Shown here one piece after another: positions 50,585 through 63,599 of a stretch of DNA of 64,000 nucleotides (its first letter is position 1; each line of letters begins with the position of its first letter). Under the pieces are notes generated by a model. The model worked only from the letters and a program-made list of their open reading frames with translations, was not told the origin of the DNA and ran no database searches. The DNA is from Lingula anatina (taxonomy: Eukaryota > Animalia > Brachiopoda), in the NCBI GenBank assembly GCA_051362555.1, contig CM120644.1:16948534-17012533 (forward strand), written 5' to 3'. Both the position numbers and the translations under genes were made by a program.

Positions 50585-50925
50585 CTGATACAATTTTGTC
50601 TCCAATAGTATGATGTACATAAATGTCTGTGAACAGTGTCAAAAAATCTCTCTTTCTGGTTATTCCCATTTACGCACGTGTTCGGTCACCCAGTCTTCCT
50701 GATTGCTTCCTAACTCCAGTTTTATATACCACTTATCTTCAGTGACCCTCCATGGTTAGTAAGATTCCATGCCTTTGATACAATTTTGTCGCTAATAATA
50801 TGATGTAAATAAATGTCTGTGAATATGTGTAGAAAAATAGCTCTTTCTGGATACACTTTTCAAATTTACCCACGGTTTCGGTCACCCACTCCTCTTGGTC
50901 CTCCTAACTCCAGTTTCATGTACCC
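50585..50925. repeat. Two-copy ~190-bp tandem duplication
   Basis: TGATACAATTTTGTC...AAATGTCTGTGAA...TTCGGTCACCCA...TCCTAACTCCAGTTT occurs at ~50587 and ~50776. Confidence 0.8.
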
Positions 50926-50974
50926 AGTCTACCCATTTTAACTTATGATCAGGTACCCCTATCTTTATGCGATG

Positions 50975-51520
50975 TTTCCAGAAGCCTGTCCATCTTCAAT
51001 TACCTGCTCTGGCTTGTACATGTAACCCCTTATCTTTAACTCCCACTTAAATACCATAATCTTCATACTTTTGTATAGGAACAATTTAAGATTCAAGGTA
51101 CACTTCATATTCGAAAATGCCCCATATTCATATTTTGCATTCCACAGCTTCTTATAAAACCTTGCATACATCTTAAAACCGATGTAACTCCTTAACTAAT
51201 TTTTTTCTGGAGCGTACTTGATGTTGATATCTATAAAGGAGCATACAGGGGGATGGTCGCTGATTCTAATGACTGGCAGTCCTTTAAAACTAAACAAATT
51301 TTATAAATGTAATTAAAGGTCGAATTTCAGTACAGAGAGGAATAGATAAATGATTCGCGAGTACGAAAAATGCTTGCACCTGTCACTTTCTTTAAACTCA
51401 CTTGAAACCCCACATTACCTTTAACTGCTCTTTCCTCTAATGGAGCTGCTTTGAAATAAAGTCTAAGACAATGAAATATTTTTGAGAATAAGATACTTGT
51501 AGCTAAAAAGTGTCATTTGC
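50975..51520. repeat. Diverged local duplicate of intronic sequence of the 8-Cys gene
   Basis: 50975-51370 matches 43205-43635. 51380-51413 matches the joined flanks of the P-like element. 51420-51520 matches 48835-48950. Confidence 0.8.
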
Positions 51521-52445
51521 TTCTTGGACATAATAACGTTATTATGTCCAAGGTTTTAGGGGTGTTTTAGGATGAAATTACTGTATATTTTTCTCGGAAT
51601 GTATGTCAAATAATACTCTGTTACCCTCTAGCGATAAATGCCATGAACACCTCTCGCTGTCGCTCGAGGTATTATGGCATATATCGCTCGGGTGACAGTG
51701 TATTATCTCACACATAATGCCTGGTCTACTCATTATGTGACTAATGCTGCACCATGGAATTGTATTGTTGGTCATTTTGTGAAATTTGATGTGAATACAA
51801 TGATACCAGGAGCATATCATTCCACAGTCATTTATCTCCCCTAAAGTATTGGTCCCGGTGACACTTCTATTGTCCAGTGTGTGCATCTATCATTTGATGA
51901 AATAATATTTTTGAGCTTACACCGATTTTTTTTTACCGGCGCATGCTGACGACTTAGCCACGCCTCCCTTGGTAAGGGGTTTGCCATGAGGGGGCGGTGC
52001 GTATTTATATTTTTCCTTGCCTTGAGTTTCCCGTTATTCAGTTAAAACTCAACAATGTTCACTAATTGTTTTCTAGCCTCTTTATTGTTTCTGAGTCTAA
52101 ATAAACAAACATGGCGTATAATCGCAGACAAAATTATTCTTTGGGAACAATCATTTGGTGCCATTTTGAACTTTGGACAAATGAACTGTGTCAGTAAAAT
52201 TTCATAATTAAAAAGGCAAACTTCCATTGTTTGCTACTACTTGTAATGAAAAACAATTCTCACTCAGTATGCTCTGTTTTTATAAAGAGAATCAACAGAA
52301 GGAGAACAGAACGTCTAATTTCTAAATAATCATTAAAAAGTATATGCAAAATCTATTAAAACAATACGACTGCAACATTAACAAAAAGTCGGACTTGGTT
52401 TTCAAAAAATATTAAAAATATTAAATCAAAATTTTTTCTGGTCGT

Positions 52446-54732
52446 CTAGATAGGTACAGGACCAAAATTATTATTAGGACCGCCTCCTATAGGTCCGACC
52501 GGTCTGGGTCCTGCGCTGTTGGCGGGGCAAGAGTAGCGGATCTCGTAATCTCTGCACATCCTTCCACCTGGTTGGTCAGAATTTCTGCAGATCAATCCTG
52601 CACTAGTACAACGCATGCGCAGTTTGTCGGGTGGATTTCCGGAAAACTCGGTGAAAACGTTGTTGGTGCCCCTCTCACGGCATTCGGCCCCGAGGGGTTT
52701 TGCTCCAAAGGGGCAGACTGCGCCCAGTTTCTGCAATGATGATTGTTATAAAGTTGAACAATGAACTTTGCTTTTGGTTGAATTTTGAAGATATGACGTG
52801 CCTTTTATATAAAAAGATTGAAGGATTTATAAAATAAAAAATGAAATGTTTTATATGAAATGTCTTGCATTATAGGCGACGGCGTAAGATCACTGCAAAT
52901 TTTTACATTTTTTTCATTTAATTTGTTTACATAATTTTCGGATTCGTATTTTAATATATAAGTCTGTGGAACCATTACTATTTATTAACTTTCGTTGAGA
53001 AATGTAGCCTACAAATTATTTCTATCTTACCAATTGCTCAGACAAGTTTTCCCAGTCCCCAGTTCCGGAGGCGTCGTCACGATCAAACCACCTACTCCAT
53101 ACGGACACTAAAAATTAAAAATACTTCTTTATTCGTTTTTAAATTGATATAAAATCTTTTGAATTATTGAACAAAATGAGTTGTAAGTTTTGTCGCTTTA
53201 TATTTTTTAAAATGTATTATATTAGAAAAAGAAAACGGTAAAGCACATTGCTGTAAAAAGAAACAGCCCATATATGTTTTTTAATCGTTCATACGAGCAT
53301 GGTGACAACAAAAGCACCAATTAAGCACAATATTATTTTTCCTTTTTGAAATCTAATCACTTTTGATAAAGTGTAACCTTCCAAAACTTACAAGGACTGG
53401 GGCAAAGGTATCGGATCTCGTAGTCACTACACATGGAACCAGCCTGGTCGGAGTTTTTACAGACAAGTCCCACTGATGGTGAACATCTGTGAGCCAGCAC
53501 GTTTGGTGGTGATCCGCTTGTCATGGTAAAGATGGCGCCACTGCCTCTGACGCGACACTCGGCTGCGATAGGAGAACTAAGGGGACAGACGGCTCTTATT
53601 TTCTGAAACGAAAAATAGTCTTGATTAACAATGTGCCACAATGTACCACAATGAACCTATGCAAAAAAAAAAATAATAATAAAATAATAATAATAATAAT
53701 AATATAGTAACATTTTAATAGAAATAAGCTCAAATTTTGAATGATATAAACCTGCTGAGATTATCTAAGAAAAAGATTATATTTATTATAATATCTTAAT
53801 TAAGCTGAATGTTTACATTTTGGTCAGCTAAAGTTTCCCAGTCTCCAGATCCGGATTGATCGTCTCTGTCAAACCATGCAGACCATCTCAAGGCTGGAAT
53901 TAAAAGAAATAGAAGCAAAAATAATAATAACAGGCTAGTTCGTTTGCATCGGGTAATATACCGAGTACCATTGTTGTATTGAAAAGATGACAGACCAACA
54001 ATGGCGGTTCCTATATTTTGCTCCTGGGGAAAAGGGTAAAAAAATTTACTTTGTTTCGCTTGGGTCGGCAAATATTAACAGCGGACGGAAAATTTATCAT
54101 AGAACTAAAATTTAAGCATTGAAACATGAATGAAAAATGGCTGGTTTTCGTGTCGTTTCGTTCCTTATACCGGGTCATTTTGAAAAGAGAAGTGCGCGTC
54201 TCAGACGTTTAGGGAGGGGCACGTGACCCCCCGTTACCGTAGTAAATCTTTTTAAAGTCCCACAGAGATTTTTTTTCCAACGGCGATGAAAACATGATTT
54301 TTTGAGCCCACAGTTGAAAATAAAAAATAAGAATCATAACATTCTCGGTTGCCTAATTCAAATTTGTCAGCACTTTATATATATACGAAAGAAGAATAAT
54401 TAGAAATTGTACATATTTATGAGCCTATAGTTAACGACATCTTTTTTGAGAATTCACCATCTATAAATATCGGAACCGTAGTTCAGTTGTCTGAGTGAAT
54501 ACAGATTTTTAAAATCATAATTAAAGGAAGCTTAATCTAAGTTTATAAACTGTTAGTAGAATTTTGATCAGTACTCTTTACAAAAAAATTAATTTAATGA
54601 AAAATTCATTCCGTTTCTTAAATGTCAGAGCTCTAAATAATTGTAACCCAAAGAAGCTAAAATATAAGAAAACTTACCCTGAATTTGAGCCAAAGCGCTA
54701 AAACAGACCAATGCAGCTAAAAACAATTTCAT
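52446..54732 (-). CDS. Secreted protein with two WxxW (mucin CysD / CILP-type) domains, 5 exons, 234 aa
   Basis: Exons 54732-54678 (signal MKLFLAALVCFSALAQIQA), 53893-53817, 53602-53392, 53107-53031, 52730-52446 total 705 nt in frame. Two repeats of WSxWFDRDDxSGxGDWE...C.....ECR...GLxCxNSDQ...CxDYEIRYxCP, then a Gly/Pro tail. Confidence 0.88.
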
Positions 54733-54826
54733 TTTTGGTATCTGTCAGTCTTTCAATATCTTCAAGTTCTGTTCTTCTTCTGTAGTATGTCCAAGGTGTA
54801 TATGCCTAGTGCGGGTTCTTGGCCCA

Positions 54827-55020
54827 TATTTATACTCCTCGAGCTGCCGTGCCATTTCCTCATCAACCCGGCAAATCCGGGACTTGTTTTTCGGCCCACG
54901 GAAGTTATTATTACTGTTCCGAATATAACTGGAATCATCTCACCATAACCGTAGACCTATTATTAGTACCATTAACCTGTCGTACGACCTGTCCCCTCGC
55001 CGTCAGCAGCCATGACGTCA
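54827..55020 (-). promoter_or_regulatory. Proximal promoter of the WxxW gene: TATA box, ETS core, CRE
   Basis: TATAAATA (minus, 54834-54827) ~95 bp upstream of the ATG; CGGAAGT at ~54899-54905; TGACGTCA at 55013-55020. Confidence 0.55.
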
Positions 55021-55560
55021 CAAACAGATGAACGCCGAGTGCAAAATTCCCGGACAGAGACAAAAATAGATTCTAACATTTGGTGTCTTAGATATACTTT
55101 GTATTACCACAAATCCGAGGAGGACAGGAACCATGTGATTCCCTCTGTTTCTGGGGTACAACTATGCTCCCCTTCTCCCCCACCCCCTAAAAATAAAGTG
55201 TAAGGAGCGAAGCGTCAAAACCAGGTAGCTTTTTCATCCCTGTAACCTAGATGTCATGTTTGCCGTAGTCTGCGGGGGTTTTTTAAGTGTGCGGAGCGAG
55301 GTAAGACAAATATTTTCATCCTGCCCTCTCCCAACCCCCATAGACCACCTATATACACAAACAGCAAAATCAAAATCTGACAGTGTATTATCATCATCTT
55401 TATTATTACCATGGACTTTTATAAATCTCTAATAGTAGGGACAATAAAAAACATGAAGCCAAACTGAATAGAAAATGACCTGGGTCACTGACCGGAGGCA
55501 ACGGGGGCAAAAAAGCCATTATTTGGTTGTCCGTAGTATGGTTTTCGCTATTTTAAGTTC

Positions 55561-55561
<1 letters not shown>

Positions 55562-55592
<31 letters not shown>
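55562..55592. repeat. (AAC)n microsatellite
   Basis: Direct reading. Confidence 0.9.
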
Positions 55593-56714
55593 GATAAGAG
55601 GAGGTTTGAGATATTGGTATTACAGTCGGAAAGCACCACACAGCATCAACAAATAACATTCTCCATATTTGAAATTTGAATTATTCGGATAAGTAAGATC
55701 GCTGTAAGATAAAGCGTGGGAAGGCGGAATATCATTATTCATTCTTTGACGAAATGATATATCCCCGTTTATAATATTTTGTGACGTGTTGCACACGTAG
55801 GCGATGCGATTGCCATTGGATTGCAGGGAAAGATTGTGAAATTATGATAAGTGAGGTCCATGTAAAATAACATCACTTTGGCGTGTACGAACTCGTTTCT
55901 CTGTCGGAAGTGGCCCGAGATGTCCTTTACTCTGTATTTTTTTCCAGCCCACGATATCATTTAAATACTCTTGAAAATGGTCACATAATAAAATTTATTA
56001 TTACAAAACTACATAATATACATGCAATATACATAATATATTGATTCAAACCAAAATAGCAACATTTAAAAAATGACTTTTGCAACGTGTGATACGGGCG
56101 CCCATTGCTTAGTGGCAAAATTGACTTCGACATCTATGACGTATGATTTGTAAGTGGTGCACTACAAGTTTACAAACATGAACAATATTTTCACATAAAA
56201 CACCATATTACGTTTGATATATTTTCAATTTATGTCACAGGTTACTTTTTTAGTCAACTAAACCATAATAAGCAATTTACAGCTAACCTTTCTCAAAAAG
56301 CTTCAGTGAGAAGTAACATTTATACACATACAAAATTCACAAGCCTGGGATACAAATTAGCAAAATTAGTTCGAGGGGATGGTAACGTGTAGGTAAAGGG
56401 TGCGGTGTATGGACATTGGTACCATCTCTTAAAAGTAGTGGTAAAATGATATTACGATGTCCAGCACGATACCGCTTATGGCCAATAGCCGTTTGCCACG
56501 TCATTATAATTGGCGTTTCCTGGTTGTCCTGACAAGGGCTTATATTGAGGTCACAATCTTGATGTATACAGGTGTGTTCTTGCTGACAACTAGCCCCAGT
56601 TGTGTCTTAAGATCTAATTTTAGTGTTCATTGATAAGACTAGTCCGCGTGTGATAGTCGGCTAGCACGCGAGCACTACAATGTAAAGTGGAAGTACAATA
56701 AAATGAGATTTTAA

Positions 56715-59183
56715 AGGGTTTGCTTCATGCCGTCAGAATGGCCTGAACGGAACATATTCTTCAGAAAACATGCCCAACTAACGATATCTTTATCCAAATA
56801 CACAAATTAAAAGCTCATTTTGTAAATTTTTGGCTTTAAAAAACGTCCTATTTGCTCGGCCTGGGAGTTAATGAGCTACGTGGTCACGTGGTCCAATGAC
56901 GACAATCGAGCCACTGGAGAACAGAGCGTGCTTAGCTGTCAAACTGAGCTGCATTGTCTACCTGTAAGATGACTTCTCTGGCTTCTGATAAAAGTTTATA
57001 CTCATTCAAATCTCTTACCCGAGGGGTCTAAATCCTCGTGAAGCTGTGTAAAACCATTTCCCGTCTAGTCATTTCTTTAACAAGCATTTCATTATGGTTA
57101 TCCCAAGTTGTATAAAACACTGCATTTGAATGAGTTAAGGGAAATGTTGATTATTGCATATGAGGTCCATGTTATTTGTGAAATTCAATTTATTTTATTA
57201 AACCGCTGACACTCCGTCTTGCATACTTTTATTAAACTGAGGTAAACAATGCCCGTTACCTTTACAAGTCCTATCTTAATCATCCATCTACCTGGAACTT
57301 CCTTTACCTCTTAATTAGAGGGTTAAATGGCATTCAATTTGTCTTGCTTGTATCGAACGCACTCTCTATCTAAGCTTTACTCCAGTTATCTCAGGTAAAA
57401 ATCTACCTGTGCGTTACTTACAAAGCGCAGCTCCCGTAGACCTGGGGGTACTAGATAAAATCTGAACACCAGGTTTATCGAGGAGCTAGAGAAAGAAAGG
57501 AAGAATTTTTCCTGCACAACTTCATAGGAATTTTAACACGGACTTGATCCAGCTTAGACCTCCAAACTAACAGGGTGACATGGGCAATTTTCACAAACAA
57601 ATCATAAAACTATATTTCAGTTAACCGCCTTTAAAAATAAATATACCGTTCTGGGTAAATTAAAATAGTTATTAAATCGCAAGAATATTTTTGACTTAAA
57701 TGATGATTTTATTATTAATGGAAATTAAGCTACTATATGAGGTACATTTGCTGTGATTACGCTGTCCTTCATGTTTTGCGTAAGTCTACATTTTGCTGTA
57801 TGTGCTTGTAATCTTTTTAAATATGTGCGTACAATTTTTGCAGGTCTGGTTACCCCCCTGTTATGTGATGAGAGTATTAATTTGGCAATTAGTTCCTTAG
57901 CTTATTTGATAGAATTGCAGTGTAAAATTTTCAACAAGATGTTGGCGAAATAGCCCATTACTCTTTGTAGGTATTTCCCCCGTCAAAGTTTGTCTAAAAT
58001 TATCTTTCAATCTTTACTCTTTCAAAGACAGTATAAAGTTACCTGACATATTTTCGTGTAAACTTAATGACAAGCCAAGTGTCTCCAGTTCATTCCGTAC
58101 TCAATTTTACCCAAGCAAATTTTTTTCTTGAGTAGATCTTTATAGCACGTTGTTATAAGCTTACAAATTTGCAAAAAAAAAAAAAAAAAAATTGCGTACT
58201 GACGCAGAATTTGCGTTTCAAGTTATAAAATAATCAATCTTTTAAATTATTTAATATTTCAGATGAAATAATCTTCAGAAACAAATCCTCAAAGCATAAA
58301 CGAATTAGGATAACGAACCATTTTATTATAGCAGTTCCCATTTTTTCTTTAATATAACGCTCTTTTTCCTGTTTTTCCTCAACACGTTTTCTTCCACGGA
58401 AGCTTCAAGATACCCTGAGAGCAATTTCTTTTATTAATGTTCGCGACCGTGTTTGAACTTAATTGTTTAAGTATTGATATTTAACGTCATTTACAAATAC
58501 CAATAAAATAACCCCATGAAATAAATGAGATATATTGAAAAATATGAAAGCCCACCAAGACGAGTTTCACACCTGTTATTACCTGGCTTGGGAATTGCAG
58601 CGGTGCATAATTAACAGGTTTGTTGTAAACGAGCTTTTGGTCAACTACAATGCATTTAAAATGCATCAGCAATCAGTAAGTTTGCCAACTGATGACAGTT
58701 AATCTGAAAGACTACCAGCTCTTGATATGATCTAAACCACCTGAGGTGACCATGATCTAGAGCATCGCAACTATTGTCACCGAAGTTAGTAAGTAAGTCA
58801 CGGAAGACCGTCACAGACAAAGAAAGATTGTCAACGAGAGCTGCAATTTTGGTGAATCCCACGGCAACACACCGAGGCATAACGAAAATTCCTCAACTCC
58901 GTTCAACACAACTTTCCTTAACTTCTCCGTCTGTATGCACCTGCAGCTCAGTTGAGTCTCATAGACCTTTATCGTGATTGTCGTCACAGTACCACGTGAC
59001 CCAGATCTGTTGCTTCATTTTTGCATATTGAGGTGAGGTTTACTAAAACGCTTTTTTTTCTACTAATAGATTGTTTTTATAATTTTTAAATGGCGGGGAT
59101 CGATTAAAACATACCTCTAGTGTATAGATTGAGTGCTGTATCTTCAAAATTCGAGAAATGGATTTTTACATGAACATTGTCCT
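56715..59183. mobile_element. Degenerate TTAA-flanked Kolobok-like element
   Basis: TTAA|AGG...TTCATG and CATGAA...CCT|TTAA ends (imperfect TIR). Inverted subterminal GGTCACGTGGT (56882-56892) / ACCACGTGACC (58991-59001). THAP-like start MPRCVAVG at 58880 (minus). Confidence 0.5.
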
Positions 59184-59945
59184 TTAACGACAAAAATGGA
59201 TGCGCCTCAGGGACGGTGTAACGAAACTGAAGGTTCGTGAACGGAAAGTCCACCCTCCATTTAGTTATAATGGTTAGGGTTAGCCTGACCTAAGGTGGTC
59301 AGGGCGAGGTTTACCTGTACAAATGAATGGGAAGCGAACTTTCTGTCAAGGGGGACTCTCTATCACGTTACATCGGTAAGCAAGTGTCTACTGTTCTTTA
59401 TGATTTACAGTAAACTTCTTTATAACATTTTGCCTTAATGGATTCAACACTAACAATAATTTCACTAACATGCCTAAAGACAGACACGTCTATGTGCGGT
59501 AAGCGTACGTTTGTATCGAAGGTAGTAGACCGTATATCAATTTTTTTTCACAGAAAACTGGGTGTAATATTTGGACAGAGCACTATGAGCAAAATATATA
59601 AATAAATAAAATAAAAAATTAAAGCAAATTTTCAAATATTCACAGAGTCTACAGGCTTACATATACCAAAATGGTGTTAAAACACATGTTGATGAAATTA
59701 AGTATAAAAGTTTAAATACGTGTGCACACCAAAAGAGGCGAGCGGCTTTCTTCTACAAAAATTCTGACGCGCGGTTTAATCGCCCAAAAAAAGCGTTTTT
59801 CTTTTTTCATCGCTCCTCAGCACCAATTTTGTGTCTTATAAAAGCTCATGTTATTGCGCAACTGCCTGGCGATTCAAAAATGCTCGTCAGATAAATTTCA
59901 ACAAAATAACGTATATCCAATTCCATGCAATGCATAGCGATGAAT

Positions 59946-60485
59946 TTAGTCTTCTTCTTGTTCAACCGCCAGTGTTATCAGTGGCTTTTTGGCGTTGGCT
60001 CTGCTGGCGTTATTTCCGGCGCCTCTGGCGGATGTTTGTGGCGTCCCTGTGGCGGATGTTTCAGGCGGCCCTCTGACGGGTGCTTCTGGCGGTGTTGTAG
60101 AGGTCGCTGGCGCTGGTCCCGTGTCAGCAGTTGGCGATGTCTCTCTGGTTGTCGTAGACGTTGACTCTACAGATTCTGCTGGTGGCGACCCCGTGTTACC
60201 CGTTGTCGCAGGCACAGTAGAATTATCATCTACCGAATCGGGAGATGGCGTTGCCACGGGGCTGTTTCTTCCCCCTCTGCCATGCTTAAGTACCAGGTGA
60301 TTAATGAAGCCTATTTTTCTGGCCAGCTTCCTTCCGCACTTGGGACAGTGGTAGTGGCCGTGTACGGGGGACGAGGGAGGGGGGCAGACCAAATGACACA
60401 CCAAAGAAATGTAACCTGCAAGATGAATTTGGAAAGCAGCACTGGGGATATTTTATACGTAAAAGTCTCATCGCAAATGGTGTTC

Positions 60486-60526
<41 letters not shown>

Positions 60527-61873
60527 ATAAGATGGTCTTACTGCTCATAGCACTATGATACTTAGCATAAACAGATTTGTTTCGTACAAAAGGATTTAGA
60601 CTCCGTTCACATGGAAAGTCTATTTTCTAAAAATCTATTTTCTATTCGCGGTATCTTGTAATCACGGTCCCTGTGCCCTGAATATCCCGAGAATTAATTA
60701 CAGCTTTGGAAGTAACTGACTCGCGCCGCCAGTAATTACGCCGCGGCATATTCAGGGCACCGACCGTGATCATAAGATACCGCGAATAGAAAATAGATTT
60801 TTAGAAAATAGACTTTCCATGTGAACGAAGCCTTATATGTCATTTGAAAATGGAAAAAAAAAGAAAATCGTAATAATAGCGAATTTCTCGTGACTCTTTT
60901 CCCGTAATTACAACTTTCTTTGCCACTGAAACTGACGATTCTCTCGTAATTACGACTTAACAATTAATACTTTGTTTGCATAGGTTGGTTTGCATTTAAT
61001 TTTCTCTTTCCTTTGGCTTAAGCATTTTGCCGCGAAGGAAAGAATATTTATATACACTATTCCGACAACCATTTTCTGAAAAATTAGTTTGAATGATACA
61101 TACCATCGTAAGCCACGCCCGTTGCTATGTGGCTGTTCAGATGTCTCTTCACCCTGTTGGTATAGGTAGGTTTGAACTTTTTGGTAGGGCAGAGGGGGCA
61201 AGGTATTTTAGACCCAACAGGTATCTTCTTTTTCAGCTCGTCCACGGAACGCACAATGGAAATATGGTTCTGAAAAATACATGGTTAGTCTAAACACGGA
61301 AGGCATGGGGAACAAGAGGACAAAATCAACTATTTGGTACGACTTTATAAAGGCACATCATATTTGAATGCTTTCTGTTCCTTCCATTCCTCGTCGCACG
61401 TTGCTTCTGTTTTCCAATGTACCGACCAATGCAGCTATGTCCTGCGTATTTAGTTTGTATGAATCCACAGCAGAGCCAGACAAAAGTGGGCCTACAGTTG
61501 AAAAGGACTTCCCACCATCCACCCCCTTCTCTTGCGTTATTTTTGGGAAAAAAACAAAGGTCCTGACGCTACAAGAAAATATAAAAATATTGACAGTAAG
61601 GACCCATTCCCAATGAAATTATCGATCTACGTCCTCCTGGCGTAGAGTAGAATACGAAAAAAACTGGTGATTATACCAGTATGATGGAAATAAGAGCAGC
61701 GTGCTACTCAGTTAAACTGAATGCATTCAGCGAGAGTCCCCTCAGAGTTGGATCGATCTACATAGAACGATAGTTCCATTCAGTATGACTCATATTAGCC
61801 CTAATTTATTATTTTTAATTCAACGAACTACTCACATTTAGGCCTAATGTTTAAACCCTACCCCGCCCCAACC

Positions 61874-61904
<31 letters not shown>

Positions 61905-63599
61905 GGCCAAAAATTTGGATCAAGTTACACATAGGCTACCTGAAAGACATTTTTCAAACTAGTTGTAAAGGGGTTGTGAACTTAAGGCCTAACTCTGAAA
62001 AACATCTTGGGCCAAAGCTTTCGAGTGTAAGTAATAGGGCCTTCCAGATGTGGAAAGAGTCGTAATGCGGTTCGATTTTTAAGAATGATGACCACCAGAT
62101 GTGTAACAGAAATGCAATAGTGAGAGCGAACATATAGACCCCATTCCCATAGAATTTATATAGATCTATCCCTGTGGGGAGTCTCACTAGATTACTGTCA
62201 GCTTAGCCGGCTTAAGCGACGTCTGTCCCGCCTACTAAAAGCTGTAAGGGGGTAATTAACTATGGTGCGCGCACGGCTGACTGCAATTTAGCCTGAACCC
62301 CCAGGGAGTTAGGTCGATCTAAATCTTAATCTCTGGGAATACACCCGTAGGGCCTACGGGCTGAAGATTATTTCCACCAACACCCTAACCCCCCTCCAAC
62401 CCCTACCCCACTCCCGTCCAAACCAACTTTCCTTTTTGTCATATCGAGATTGGATCTGAAGGGAAAACTAAGACTGGGTTCCCATATCTAAGGGACCGTT
62501 CACATGGAAAGTCTATTTTCTAAAAATCTATTTTCTTTTCGCGGTATCTTGTGATCACGCTCTGTGCCCTGAATATCCCGCGGCGTAATTACTGGCAGCG
62601 CGAGCCAGTTACTTCCGTGATCACAAGATACCGCAAATAGAAAATAGATTTTTAGAAAATAGACTTTCCATGCGAACGGTCCCTAAATCGATCTTACAGC
62701 GAGGATCGATCCATGTCCGAGGGGTTTCTCGCTATTTAAATTGGTTTTAGCTTAAGCTGCTTAGATGACTGGCACGCGTACTGAAGCTGCCAAACGATAA
62801 TTAATTACTCCCTAGCATTTTTAGTAAGCCACTTAAGCTGATAGCAGTTTAGCGAGAATTCGCCTCAGAGATAGTTTGATCCACAGTTAGTACAATAGGG
62901 TCTGGGAATGGTCCCTCAATTTGTCGTTGATGCTAGAAATGAAAAATGGTTCCGTATTTTATTAATTTCAGCAATTATATATGGGGCATGGTTTGTCATT
63001 TTTATTTTGATGCCAGTACGTCGATATAAATACTGACGAAAGACCGGGAGTCGCAAACGTTAAAAGCATAGTGCTTTGAACTTTAGAAAGGGTAAGGGTC
63101 TTCCTGACCCGAGATGCCGCTCTAGCTCCCAGCCATTATATTAATACCAGATGTGAAGGCAGTGAGGTAATGAGAACGAACGTAAATTGAAACCCCCAAC
63201 ACACACCACCAACACCACAATCACCCAAAACCTCTTTCTTCTTCATTTTAGGATTTGCACACAAATTGCCAGAAAGGTATTCATGGAATTTTCTACTGGG
63301 CCTAAGACGCCATTTTTTCTTTGGCCGGAAGTACCGTATTACGCCATTTTGCGGTTAGTCCTGTCGTTTCTTTAAAAGCCCGCCAGGATTGCCAGAATCT
63401 GCATTTTTCTGGGTATTTTACTGCTGTAGGTTAAACAAGTTACAACGTATGCACCAAACCAACAAAAGTGATTCACTGATACAGGATTAAATACCCCTAT
63501 TTAACACAGACTTGTTTTTAGCCGGATGGTTGTCAGAAAGTCTGTGAACCATCACGAAAAGTAAATCCATCTCACCTTTCCAGGGTCTTCTTCCTCCAT
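59946..63599 (-). CDS. C2H2-type zinc-finger protein with Thr/Pro/Ser-rich tail (~219 aa), possibly transposon-derived
   Basis: Exons 61269-61104 (CPLCPTKKFKPTYTNRVKRHLNSH) and 60415-59946 (CHLVC...HYHCPKCGRKLARKIGFINHLVLKH) splice in phase. The first exon 63599-63576 (acgATGG, MEEEDPGK|gtgag) is tentative. Confidence 0.6.
60488..60524. repeat. (GT)n microsatellite
   Basis: Direct reading. Confidence 0.9.
60599..60832. mobile_element. Palindromic Harbinger-like MITE, TTA TSD
   Basis: CGTTCACATGGAAAGTCTATTTTCTAAAAATCTATTTTC inverted arms; TTA on both sides; same family as 62492-62683. Confidence 0.85.
62137..62346 (+). mobile_element. ~210-bp MITE family, third full copy
   Basis: Homologous to 41868-42080 and 49801-50025. 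Confidence 0.75.
62492..62683. mobile_element. Palindromic Harbinger-like MITE, TAA TSD, nested in an older MITE
   Basis: GGGACCGTTC...GAACGGTCCC with TAA on both sides. Confidence 0.85.
63305..63355. promoter_or_regulatory. Cluster of two YY1-like motifs and one ETS motif
   Basis: CGCCATTTT twice, flanking CCGGAAGT. Confidence 0.4.

Noticed and set aside
51549-52025. Second CAAGG...CCTTG P-like element
   Set aside because: Only 5-bp end matches, with no extended TIR and no TSD.
59213-59376. Telomere-like GGTTAGGGTTAG
   Set aside because: Two units only, inside a short probable Helentron-type repeat with weak inverted ends; not a telomeric array.
59925-60300. Plus-strand ORFs, including a signal-like MALALLALF
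   Set aside because: Antisense to the GC-rich zinc-finger terminal exon, with non-ATG or unsupported starts.
61360-61568. Extra open minus-strand exon for the zinc-finger gene
   Set aside because: Acceptor phase is incompatible with the candidate first exon and it lacks a strong donor; left out of the model.
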